In this document: positions 39,468-52,900 of the stretch, piece after piece
Numbering within the stretch: the stretch's first letter is position 1
How the letters are laid out: each line of letters begins with the position of its first letter
Assembly (NCBI GenBank): GCA_032718475.1
Contig: JAUCBJ010006989.1
Location: 21,546-85,545, forward strand
Direction: 5' to 3'
DNA length: 64,000 nucleotides
Origin: Nemertoderma westbladi
Lineage: Eukaryota; Animalia; Xenacoelomorpha
Notes under the pieces: generated by a model
The model's database searches: none
Seen by the model: only the letters and a program-made list of their open reading frames with translations
What the model was told of the DNA's origin: nothing
Position numbers and translations under genes: made by a program

Positions 39468-42307
39468 ATCATGACCTACTATATATACGACCCGCCAAGC
39501 TGCTGCAAAGCCCCTAAATTTAGTGGGCCAGTTATTTCTCTTAGATAGAACCCCTAAAACTATATGTTAGGCGCGTCGAAAGTACTTGTCCCTAACTAAA
39601 ATTATGTTCTCTTTCAGATGAGACAAATAAAAATTGAATAGCTCCAGTAGTTTTCGAGGAGTTCCTGGCACCTATACCATATCAACACCTTTCGAAATTG
39701 ATAAAATTACACAAAATACATCACCTTTCAAAGACATAGGTATAACCATTAAACCATATAATGTTTTTTTGTTTTGTTGAATTCATTATTAGTAATCGAA
39801 AGCAAGATTAGAAGCAACATTTTCATTTTTTTATCAATAGATAGTAAAAGAGCACCAAAAGTGCAAGTAGCACTTTTTTCAAAAGTGGTAAATTGGCCGC
39901 AAAGATTGGCTACTGAGATTTTAGATTTCTGATTTTATTGGGAAGGTTTATTCCTCTACATCAAACCTATCGAAGGGTTGTGTAATATAACAACATAGGC
40001 ATGTTGTTATATTAGTTATTAGTCAGTTATTTGTGCCCCTGGAGCACGAAAAAAACACGTAGTGAAAATATGATAATGAAAAATCACCACGAAAACAAAT
40101 TGATTTTATGACTATGTGGTTTTTTGGGATGCTGATCACGAATATGACACTGAAAAATATCCTACCTTGTTGATTACGGCTTTTTTTTTGGATACGTGTC
40201 AATGTGCGGCACGAAAAATAAAAGTGTAGCACAGATTTGATAATCAAAAATAATTACCGAATCAACCTGATTTTATGCCATTATGGGTTTTCTGGGACGC
40301 TGATCACGAATATGACATTCATAAATGTCGTTTTATCCAACCAAATTTGATTTTTGCCGTTTGAAATTATATGCTACTTGTAGTTTTAGCCCCACCAGAC
40401 AAACACGTAAACGATAGATGCCTTACCACGAATTATTTTTAACAAGTTGTAACGTAATCAGCGGCTTTGAAAACCAGTATAGCTTCAGAATTACAAAACC
40501 AAAGGCAAAATTTAACAGTTTGAAATTTTTGCTACTTGTATACTTTTCGTTCTGGGGCACCGCACCAGAATGGCACCAAAATTGGGTTTGCACATACCAG
40601 AAATATTTATAACTAGTTTCATCGTGATCAGCGACCTCGAAAACCCATATACGTTCAGAATTATCAAACCAAACACAAAATGTTTAGTTTGACAATAGTA
40701 GAGTAGAGTAAAATAAAGTATTAGTTCCTCAAATCATTAAACGACACTACCTGTATATTCCAGGATAGTTAATAATAATTCCCCTAAATAATATCAGTTC
40801 CTCATTATATTGAAGTCGTAATATTAATTTATCTCAGCATATCTATTATGTATCAATAACCATTGTCTATTAAATCCAAGACAAAGAGAAGCGAACACTG
40901 TTAAGGTGGCCACGAATATTGTTACTTGAGATCCTCCGAAAGGGCCGATATGTCTTCGGGGGATTCAGATAGGAGTCCCGCTGGTTTAGGCAGGAGAATA
41001 ACACTACCGTTATGGTTCTTAAAGAATAACGGGCTCCCCCAACCCAAAGTCCAGCAGTAGCTTCATCTCTGCATCAGATAAAGAACTATTTTTACTCTCC
41101 TTCATGAATTTCGATGGACGCTGGAAGGTATATTCTTTTTACTGGCGGCCTCCGAGGAATTTGAGGCAGTTAGCACACTGAAGTCGGAACAGATTCCGGG
41201 TTTACTGAATGCTGGAATGTATCTGTGTATCGCCCGTCCAAATGTCAGAATGTTAGTGGAAGCGGAAGGCCCTGGCAACCTGGCAGCCTGGTGTCATCTG
41301 TTCTGTAGAAAAGCCTTGACTAGTTGAACTAAGTGTCACTGTAGATCGAGCGCGCGAGCGGCATCTATCAGTCTATACACACAGCACTAGGCCCTATCTA
41401 ACTAAAACTGTTCTGTTACGGCCTGCATACAGATTCAGATACAGTACTATGTCCAGACCAAAGATTAGGCCCCCGTGGCGCCGTGGCTGCCAGCCCGGGT
41501 AGAGGTGATAATAACTATTCAAATAAATACAGGTACGGACGTAATCAGGTAATATAATGATGATAAGGCATTGATGCGTAACAGCATAATCCAGTCATCA
41601 GTAATGGAATGCCTAAAGCATTAGTGCAGTACAATGCGCACATACCACAGTACTGACTGACTGAAATAGAAGTGCAATGGCTGGCACTTAAACTTTTCGA
41701 CTGACACATTGGCCATTTTTGAAAAATACCAAAATTTTATAAGCATTGTCAATTAAATCAGCACATTCTAAAAACTCAGTAGCCAAACTATAAGGCCAAA
41801 TTACCACTTTTTGCTATTTGAAAATTTTCGAGCTACTTTTAATTTTGGTGCTCTTTTAGTGTCTATTATAAAATAAACAATGAAGATTTTATTCTAATTT
41901 CGCTTTCGATTACTAATAATTAATTCGACTAACCAAAAAAGCATCATAGGGTTTCTATCCTATATGTTATGTTGGACAATACCTTTATATCGGTACATTG
42001 TTTGGTGTATATGGTTTAATGGTTATACCAAAGTGCTTGAAGGGTGATGTATTTTGAGTAATTTTATCAATTCCGAAAAGTGCTGATATGGTATGGGTGC
42101 CAGGAACTCCTCATATCTCAAAAACTAATGGAGCTATTAAATTTTTAGTTGTCTCATCTGAAAGAAAACATAATTTTAGTTAAGGTCAAGTACTTACGAC
42201 GCGCTAGACGTATTGTTTCAGGGGTTTTATCTAAGAGAACTAACTGGCCCACTAAATTTTGGGGCTTTGCAGCAGCTTAGCGGGTCGTATCTATAGTAGG
42301 TCATGAT
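39468..42307. mobile_element. Non-autonomous element with ~450-bp diverged terminal inverted repeats
   Basis: atcatgacctacta...cgacccgccaagctgctgcaaagcccc.. at the left is mirrored by ..ggggctttgcagcagcttagcgggtcg...tagtaggtcatgat at the right. Similarity runs about 39468-39930 against 41755-42307. Confidence 0.8.
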
Positions 42308-43957
42308 TTTATTTTGTTCTAGAACTATACAATGTTGCCATGGTAACAATTATTTTATAAAGATGCGACTGCATACGGAACTGTTACCTTTTTTTAAATA
42401 CTGCTATTTTGAAATTTAAAAATTAATTAACTAATTAATTAACTACAGGTTCTTGAATATTATAATGTATTTTATTTACGTTATAGAATAGTGAGAGAAC
42501 ATTTATATGGTGTTCTAGAGCGCTCCATGGTTGCCATAGTAACAATGATTTATGTTTAAAAAGTGCAGTGGCATACTGTACGGAACCGTTACCAAACATA
42601 ACTTTATTTTACTTGCGGTTGTTGCTGTTGGTTCCAATCAAATAGGGTTAATTTGGTATGTAGCAGCAGTTTCGTTGTAGTGTTGGTTGGTATCAGCTCG
42701 CCCAAACAAAGTTTAAGATACTGTATAGGTAACAACTTGTTTATTAGGACAGCCAGGGAGCCAGCAATGGCAGATGGGATGTTGCAGCTGTACTCAGTAT
42801 TATCATTAGTTGCAAGAAATGTTAATCCCAACTCCAAATTTTATTGAATCCAAATAAAATAACCCAAGTTCCTTATTCTCAAAAACAAAATCAATATTTC
42901 CAGATACTAAATTGGATAAAAACGATTGCATACTGTAATAATTGATCCCAAATACCATAAAAAATATTTTTGATTTGCGTCCAATCACCATGGTTAAATA
43001 GGCCAAGTTCATGTTGTTTGTACTGTACCGGTTGTGGATAATGTGCTGTCGATTTCTTCCAGGATTTCAACATTTCCCACATTTATACGTAAACCATCCG
43101 AATTTATGACCCCAGTATGTACCGCCCACTTCCCGCCCACTAGACGCACACAATATCCATCGATTCAATCAATTGCATAATGTTTGTTCTAGAACCAAAA
43201 TAAATAACCATTGTTACGGCCTCAATTGTGTACTGATCAAACTACTGTATAATCATACTAGTTGTAAATGAGACCAAACACAATATCGGTATACATAACC
43301 ATAGCTACGACAGATGTTTATTAAGGCACAAAATCTTGCAAAATTACAACCGGAAAAAGCCATTGGACAGTAACCCGCCAAATTGCGCGGCTCGCCACAT
43401 ATAGGACTACTACTATAATACTACACATCAGATACAGAGGCTGGAATACAGGTACGGACTGTTGAGACATCATTGTCATTGTCATTAATGATCAGCGTGA
43501 TGAGGCGAGTTGTGAGTAAAGAAATACCAAACAAATAAATGAGAATAACAGAGAATACGTAACACAATAAGTGACTAAAAAAGTAACAACCGAGGATGAC
43601 ATATTGGCTACAGAGTGAGTGATGGTATGATGTGAGTACAAAGACATTGAGAAGGTGTGAATGCATATTGGAGGCCTAAAAATCGGGACTTAATGTCCGA
43701 AAATTCACAAAATTTCTTAGATTAGAGCCTCATGACTTAGAGTTAGGGTTACATCACAATTCTAATTAGTGTTTCCGGCCGCCATTTCACTTTGAATGGA
43801 GTTTTGGACCGCCGCTCTCGAAATCTACTGTATGGTGAAAATTCAAATTCACAGATAATTTCCATTTGCGCTACGTAGCAACAATATTAAACAATTATTG
43901 ATGACAACAACCAACAGTAAATGTTTGTTTTTAATTACAATACATTATATTATTTTC

Positions 43958-46900
43958 CTATCCAGTTGCTAATATTTCCTCACTGACATTTTTCATTAAT
44001 ATTTCCCGAGCAAAACTCTCTTCGTAGACACCACAAAGATTGTCGAACACACTGTAATAATCATCGATATCATACTGTTCTCCATTACGTGGCTCGCCCC
44101 AAGCATTTGGAGCGCCAAGAATTATAGTCACACTACCGGCTATAATTGCCACGATAAACACCCATAGAAAGAAACGGTCGATCACCATGGCAACAAACCG
44201 CCAATCATCGACGACCTCATCGCAAACAACTTCCTTTTTAATATGTTCTAGAAAAATAATAAATAAAATATAATGGCATAAACATACAGTATGTATATTA
44301 TTATCAATATATACTGTATAAGTGCTATGCTACGCTGCACTTTAGAGGGCCGAATTATTTTGTTATGATAATGATATCAATAAATATTGATATTTATATT
44401 AAATATTAATATTGATATAAAGTTATTACAGTTTGCTACTTAAACAGTATGTCTAGAATTTATAGGTGAACTCAAACTATTATACTATACTATAAGAGGT
44501 AGGCCACTGTGTGAACAGACAACGTGTAGGCCTACATATGTTCGTGGGGCATACGCGCAATACGAAGTACAGTAAGAGCAAGCTTAGAATAATATGTACA
44601 GTAGATGTAGACCTACAGTAGGCCTACAGTATAGTGGCAGATTGGAGAACTGATGAGGCCGAACGGATGATAAACGTTTGGATAGTTCTTTTTACAGAAC
44701 ACAGCAGAACACAGTAGAACACAGCAGAACACAATAGAATACAGGCGGAACATAGGCGAACACAGCTGTAATTAAAACCTACACCAAAAAATAACACACT
44801 TGGGAAAGTACCGGACTTAATCATACAACTGTAAGATGTCAATTACATATTTAAATTAAATGGCGGTTTTCCATATCCTCCAAAATAAATTACCTGATCA
44901 GAGTTGCCCGATCAGCTGTTCGGTTAGGCCTGTACCTGTTACTAGTCCAGCTGTCTGCCTGTCAGCCTGTTCCAGTACTGCAGTAGGCCTAGTGCTGTAG
45001 AGACATGTACAGACTGACAGACTGTACATTGTACAGACAGACAGATGTAGGCATTTACCGGCAATTACCGGGCACAGTGTAGAGTATATTACCAATGTAC
45101 TGATGTAGGCCTACTCAGCTACCGGTACTGTACTGCTGTAGAACTAACCAACTCTCCATGGTTACAGGATAATGAGAAGTAATTTATTTTGGAGGATATG
45201 GAAAACCGCCATTTAATTTAAATATGTAATTGACATCTTACAGTTGTATGATTAAATCCGGTACTTTCCCAAGTGTGTTATTTTTTGGTGTAGATTTTAA
45301 TTACAGCTGTGTTCGCCTATGTTCCGCCTGTATTCTATTGTGTTCTGCTGTGTTCTACTGTGTTCTGCTGTGTTCTGTAAAAAGATATATCCTAAACGTT
45401 CAGGTATGCTAACCACTACACCATGGAGGCTCCTGCATCTTTCCGATTGATTTGCTACAGGTGGTAATCTACCTTACGGTTGCTATTAAATATTAATATT
45501 AATAATATACTACTGCATAAATATTATAATTGTTAAATAAATATAAATCAATTTTATAATATAGGGGCCGTCCAAGTATGACGTCAGCACTTTAGGGGGG
45601 GAGGGGGGTTGGGAAAATCTGATGACGTGCTGATGAGGGGAGGGGAGGGGGTCACCCAAAATCTGACGTCAGCATGTTCATTTATACAGTAGGTGCTAGA
45701 AGAGATATAGCAAAAATAGCAAGCTAGAAAAGATATAGTAAATAGCTTGCCTATTTTAATTGTTGGAAGCCCCCGAAGGCCCGTAGCACGACCTTCTGTT
45801 TCAGTTACCAGTCACCATGTTTCAGTGATTAGGACGCGAAATTTTTTTAAATCTGATTTAGGGGGGGGGGGGGGGGGGGGTCAACGCCTATCTGATGACA
45901 TCTGATTTAGGGGAGGGAGGGGGTCAACATTTTGGGGAAAAGTGCAGACGTCATACTTGGACGGCCCCATATGGATATTTATATTAAACTTCAGTTTTCT
46001 GCATTAGTATAATGATATTCCATGTACACATATATTAATAATTATTGAAAATAATGATTATTAAAATACTAATTGATATTTATAATTATTTATAATAAGT
46101 AAATATCAATACCAAAAATATATTGTATCGTTATTTTTTATAATTTTTGGATTTTTCGCATTACTTTAACATGTAGACACCACTTTTTCTTTCCATATCC
46201 ATGGGCTAATTTATTTTTGAAAACTAATATTTGTCAGTATTAAATAATTATTAAATTACTAATAACTAAAATATATATCGATAATTTTTTTACATTTTTG
46301 TTTTTTTTTTGCATTACTTTAACACATAGACTCCAAATTTTCATGATATATCCATGGGCTAATTAATTTATTGGTCACTAATATTTATAAGTATTAAATA
46401 AATATTAAATTACTCATAAATAAAATTTTCGTTAATAAATTTTTTAATTTTACCCGAAATCGGATCGTTTTGGGTCAAAGAGTCACAAAATATAACCCAA
46501 ATTCTTGGGCTAATTTTTTCGACTAAATCTGTATTCAGCCCCAGGGTGCTCCCTGGGAGAGGAGACTGGCTCCCACTCAAATTCTATTTATTTCTGAAAC
46601 GTCGATTACGATTGGTTAAAAGGTAATTTTAAGGAAAGAGAATAATTATATTTGCAATTCCCGCGATTAAATAATAACAATGAACAAAACTCAAATACTC
46701 TTATTGTATTGTGAAGCAAACAGTCGTCCAATGTGATGTTGCATTTTTGTTAGAAATGTTTCTTATCGCAGGTGTTTAAGATCATCTCAACATATCAAAC
46801 TTTTAGAAACATTCTAGATTCTCCCCAAATACTGTATATATTTCGGTATCTTTTTTGTTTAACTCAGCCTCCTTTGTGTGCATGGTTACAACTCCTTAGA

Positions 46901-49900
46901 TTTTAAGAACGCCTTGATTGTGAGGGGGGGGGGGGTTATTGTAAGTATCTATATTGATACTGCTGAAAACAGTCACCAATGTATCTTTGTATATTTTTAT
47001 TTAACCTTTGTAATTCTGTGTTCAGTATTACAGTCGAGTACCGGTAGTTGAATATAGAACTCAAAATGTCTGCACACTACAGTACTGCAGTCAGTGTTAT
47101 ATATATATGCGGATGAATATCCAAGGTAGTATTAAATCAAGCTACTTTACACTACACCCTCCAAAAATAAGCGGAGCGCAGTAGTTCACAAAAAATAAAT
47201 GTTAATTATAGTGCACACATTATTACATGTACTACTTAATACTAATATAAACTAATACTAATGCTAATATAAACTAATACTAATATAAACCAATACTACT
47301 ATATACACATAATTTTGTGTATCCTAAAGGTTACATTATGAAATTAGTAATTACGCATTATAATACAAATATATAATTAACGTAAGTCAAAAGCACAAAA
47401 ACAAATGTTAATTGATACACACAACTTATTATAATTATCTAAGGAGTCGAAATTAAGTATTATTATAATACAAATAATATCTTAATTAACGTTTTTCAAA
47501 CACGTTTATTAGTAAATTAAATCGCACACGTTTCATGGGTTTGATTAACACACTTAAATTTTCCCCAGAAATACACGCGGGCTTTACTCTATCCAGAGAG
47601 ATGACTTGTTCCACGTTATGACGCAATACTGTCACGGTTTTGTCAGTCATCGAAACAACCTTATAAGGCCCCATGTACAAAGGTGCAAGTGATGACCTTT
47701 TGATAGCATCTTTTATCCATACATGCGACGAGTTTTTTAATTGGCTCGGAATATGGTCCTTTCCAGAATGTTTCCTGATTGGTGGAGAAAAAGAATCCAT
47801 TTTTCGGAACAACCTATCAACAAAATTAGGAATATCCGGGGAATTATTCCCTGAAGTTTCTTCAAAAAATCTTCCAGGTAAACACAACTCAGCTCCATAT
47901 GTTAACTGAGCAGGAGAATATTTATGAATTCCGGTTACAGAGCGCAATCCTAACAATACTAACGGCAGTTCATTGAACCAGCCAGATGAGTTACACTTTG
48001 CCCTTAAGGAAGCCTTTAGCTGTCTGTGGAACCTCTCTATGGCTCCATTACATGCAGGGTGATATGCAGTAGTCCGACGCCGTTTTATTCCCAATTCTTT
48101 CATCAAACTACTCCACAGTCCTGACTCAAACTGTGACCCTCTATCCGTAACTATTGTTCTAGGCACACCAAATCGACTAATCCAATGGAAAAGAAATCCT
48201 TTTGCTACTGAATCTGTTGTTATATCCCTAATGGGCACCACCTCTGGCCATCTAGTAAAACGGTCAATTATTGTCAGCAAATACCGATAACCACAGGATG
48301 GTGGCAACGGACCGACTAAATCAATATGTACTGTTTCAAATCGGCCATCGGTTGGAATGCTTCCAATCGGTGTTTTCGTATGTAGTGTCGTTTTTGAAAT
48401 TTGACAATTTTGGCAATTTCGAGACCATTCTTTCACATCCTTGTTCATACTCGGCCAAATGTATCGTTCGGCAATTAATTTCAATGATGCTCTAAATCCG
48501 GGATGGGATAAATCGTGAAATTTATGGAATAATTGCTTTCGAAATTTTTCAGGTAAATATGGTCTCATACTTGAACAACTCTCATCACTATCAGCCACTT
48601 CTGCAAGATCGTCCAACGAGAGTTTATCGAGCGAACTGAGAACTATTCCCACAGTTTGGGGTAGAATTTCCAAAAAACGTAATCGCACAATTTGTTCGTT
48701 ACCCGGTGCCAGTCGAGTCATCTGTCGGAGTGCTGCAGATGGTTTTCTATCACCCAACTCCTGGGCCGCAAGCAACTGACGCAGTCGGCGGTCATCACTA
48801 TCCGCAAGATGAGATATTATATTTTGCCTAATTGTCTCAAACGAATCTAGCACGTTAACGCCAGCATCTAAAATAGTTTCCGTCGGCAGAGCGGCTAGAA
48901 GATTGGACTTTTTAGAAGCATCAGTTTGCCCTTGAAGAACTGCCTCCACTTGCTGAAACCAGATTCTGGCATCTTTTGCATAAAATTCAGGTAGTCTGAA
49001 CTTTTGGGGTACCGGCGTTGTACCGGTACCGGTAGAGATAGTGGCATCGGTTTGCATCACTCTTGCTTGATAATTATCGAGCAATAGTTTCACTGCGGAT
49101 GGATTTTCCTTATCCAGATAAACTATTATTTCAGCCTTCGTTTTTGGAAGGACAAAATCTGGATCATGGCTATTTAGGGCTTTTAAAATGTCAGATAATG
49201 CAGCTTTTTTGCAATCGGTATACAACGGCATCCTGCAGATATACGGTTTGTAGATAAGGTTCAGTTCAGTCGTCTGGGTCACCAATGTAAGTGGGGCGAG
49301 CCACGAAGTTGGCGGAGCCTTAGCGAATTGACACTGTTAGGGGGTGGGTCAATTTATGCAAATAGTTGTCGTCGTCGTCGTCGTCGTCGTTGTCGTCGTC
49401 GTCGTTGTCGTCGTCGTCGTTGTCGTCGTCGTTACGATTTTGACATGCTAATAACTTTGTCGGATTTAAAGCTGCCAAGTTGAAAATTTGTAGGTATCAA
49501 TATAAGCAAAAGTTTAGATTTTTGAGAGACTTTCAGACACCATCAGTGCAATGGTCTCCCGCTAGAGGGCCACATGTCTAAACATTAAATGGCCACCCAT
49601 TTCTTTGCTTTTAATCCGTTTAAGCTGAAACTTGGGAAGTATGTACTAGACCATTAGCTGTAAATTTCAAAGGAGGCTAATCTGTCTGCAGTTCTCCAGT
49701 CTGCCGCTAGAGGGCGAAATGTCCCGAATGTGAAATTATTCTTCCATTTAGTTGTTTATGATCTGATTACGCTGAAACTTGTCATATATGTACTAGATGA
49801 CATCCTGAGTCTTTGTGTGGATTGTAATCGGTCCGAAGTTTTCCAGTCTCCCGCTAGAGGGCCACATGTCTAAACATTAAATGGCCACCCATTTCTTTGC

Positions 49901-52900
49901 TTTTAATCCGTTTAAGCTGAAACTTGGGAAGTATGTACTAGACCATTAGCTGTAAATTTCAAAGGAGGCTAATCTGTCTGCAGTTCTCCAGTCTGCCGCT
50001 AGAGGGCGAAATGTCCCGAATGTGAAATTATTCTTCCATTTAGTTGTTTATGATCTGATTACGCTGAAACTTGTCATATATGTACTAGAAGACATCCTAA
50101 GTCTTTGTGTGGACAGTAATCGGTCCGGAGTTTTCGAGTCTGCCGCTAGAGGGCGAAATGTAGGAAAGTGATAACCTTTGCGAATTCCTTGATCTTAATC
50201 TATTTAAGCTGAATTTTGGAATATACAGTACCGGTATGTACTAGACCACATGCCTCGTCTTTGTGAGGAAGGTGATCGATCCGTAGTTCTTTAATATGCC
50301 GCTAGAGGGCTAAATGTATGAAAGTGAAAACCTTCCAACATTTCGTTATTTATGATCCGTCAATCGGAAACTTGGTAGATATGTAATAGACCATAGGCTG
50401 TGGCTTTGTAGGGAAACTAATCCTTCCTTCTTCAGTTACCCAGTCTCCCGCTAGAGGGTTAACGTTTTCCGGGAAAATCTTCTCCTATGTTTTTATAATC
50501 CTTTCGAGTTGATACTTAGCATTAACTCATTTCACGTGCTGCGCGAAGGCCCCACTTCGTGTATCTATATTGATACTGCTGAAAACAGTCACCAATGTAT
50601 CTTTGTATATTTTTATTTAACCTTTGTAATTCTGTGTTCAGTATTACAGTCGAGTACCGGTAGTTGAATATAGAACTCAAAATGTCTGCACACTACAGTA
50701 CTGCAGTCAGTGTTATATATATATGCGGATGAATATCCAAGGTAGTATTAAATCAAGCTACTTTACAGTTATCTCATGTATATACAGTACTGTAGGACTA
50801 GGATTACTACATCACATACCGGTGATGAACTGAATATTCTTCACAGCTCTTCGTGTATGTACTTTCATGGATCGGCGTCGCAAAGGAGAAACCATTCTGT
50901 GCTGGAAACCCGAACCTTGGCCTTGGCTGATACTGCTGGACAAAGGACTAAAATAATAAAACATTGCAATTATAGGAAAAATTCAAAATGTAAAATCAAA
51001 CAGTTACGAGATCCAGGGTTGAATAAAACTGTGAATGACCCCAAGGTCATTGCAACATTATTTAATAAAACTTTCATAGACCTCGGTAACTTCTTAGACC
51101 TTAATGATATCCCCTATAAACCCCATGCAGATAACACCAATTATAAAAATTTCAGTTTCAATTACATTGACACGATCACGGTGTCCGATATAATCTCAAA
51201 AATCAATATGACCAAATCCCAATGTGACCACCGCGCCCATAATCATAAAATTAATAGAACCGAAATAACATTCATCCTTACAAATTTGATTAATAAATCT
51301 ATAACAAAATCGTAATTCCCATCCAGACCAAAATTTGCCTTTGTAACTCCTGTATATAAAAAGGGTGACAAGGAGATACCTAAAAATTATAGACCAATTT
51401 CCGTTACTTTAACATTTACAAAAATCTATGAACGTGCTACTCTATATAACCAACTAATTAAATACCTTACAAAAAATAATTTAGCTCCACCATAAACAAT
51501 TCGGATTTATGAATCATTCTCTACAATAGTGATGCAATAATGCATGCAACGGGAAAATTTCGGTCAGAACTAGACACTGGTAATTATGTCGCTGTCGCAG
51601 CGTTGGACTTTAGTAAATAAAGCGTTTGATTCCCTGAATCACGAAATATTATTATTAGTAAAACTAGTAAAATTAGTTATTATTATTATTATTATTATTA
51701 GTAAAACTGAAAGACTATGATTTCACACAACTGCAGTATCACTTATGAGAAGTTACTTACATCAACGTAAACAAAAGTTAAAAATAAATGATAAATTGTC
51801 GGATTGGGAAAAAACTGTTAGGGGTATTCCACAAGCGACAGTGCTTGGTCCATTACTTTTCCTAGTTTACTTTAACGACTCAGTGGCGCAGGCAGGGGGG
51901 GGGGGGGGGGGGTGAAAAAATTCACCAACTATCGTTTTTACTAGAAACTATTAAACACACAACCAATGGCATAGAAGAATAAAATTCAACAGGAACTTCA
52001 ACAGTAAATTCAACAATAAACAACCATCTTTACAAAAAAAATTAATTTCACTGTCAATAAACTGAAACTTTTTTACAGATCGGCAAACTGAGTTGATCTA
52101 CAAGTTACTGACAAAGATGCTCAACAATGTTGCCATGTGTAATCCGGAGTTTATAGCCCTTGTTGTCAATATTCATTCCAGAACATCTATTTATTTAACA
52201 TGGAGTGAATCAGAATCAGTAGCTACTGTAGTAGTGGCAGAAACAAATAGAAACATAGTGAAGTGAATGTGAGTGAGTTGATTCTATTGGCTGTCTGGCA
52301 ACTGGCATAGCCGGATGGGGATTGGGGGGGGGGGAGCCTCATGAGCAGGCAGGGCTTTCATCCAATGCTAACATGTATTGTAACTATACAATGTTAATTC
52401 CATTGAAACAAAATAGGAGGGCCCTTAGTATAGTAGTAGTCAAACGGGAGTGGTAGCCAACGTGAACATGTATTTATTTAACATGGGGTGCATCTAGTTC
52501 GTTAGTGGCAGAGACAAGGAGACACATAGGCCTAGTACAGTTACTGTATTTATTTACTATTGTGTTATATTACTGTATTACTGTTATTATTAGACGGAAG
52601 CCCTATCATATACGTTCACTGGGATACCCCAGGGCCGTCGAGTCAGACAACCAATACAATCAACTCACCTCCATGTATACTTACTACAGTAGTAAGTATA
52701 CATGGAGGTGAGTTGATTGTATTGGTTGTCTGACTCGACGGCCCTGGGGTATCCCAGTGAACGTATATGATAGGGCTTCCGTCTAATAATAATTATACAA
52801 TGCAATATATACAGTACAGTACGTATTATTTCTACGTGGTTTGCGTTATGCGCGGGCGTATTACTTAATAGTATTTATTTAGTATTGTAACTGTGTTGTT

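Larger units (their letters stand above)
46940..50767 (-). mobile_element. Gypsy/Ty3 LTR retrotransposon, internally deleted; 212-bp LTRs, TSD GTTAT
   Basis: 3' LTR at 46940-47151. The 5' LTR is split into 49286-49290 and 50561-50767. PBS TGGTGACCCAGAC (tRNA-Trp-like); purine tract before the 3' LTR; TSD at 46935-46939 and 50768-50772. Confidence 0.92.

Noticed and set aside
44650-44680. Hammerhead ribozyme (CTGATGAGGCCGAA)
   Set aside because: The CUGAUGA core is present, but I could not build stem II with a following GAAA or the flanking stems.
44624-45412. Duplicated small genes MTSYSCMIK...
   Set aside because: Produced by the two inverted arms of a foldback element.
50776-51315. 179-aa plus-strand ORF as a gene
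   Set aside because: It is the antisense of a receptor exon joined to a decayed LINE fragment.
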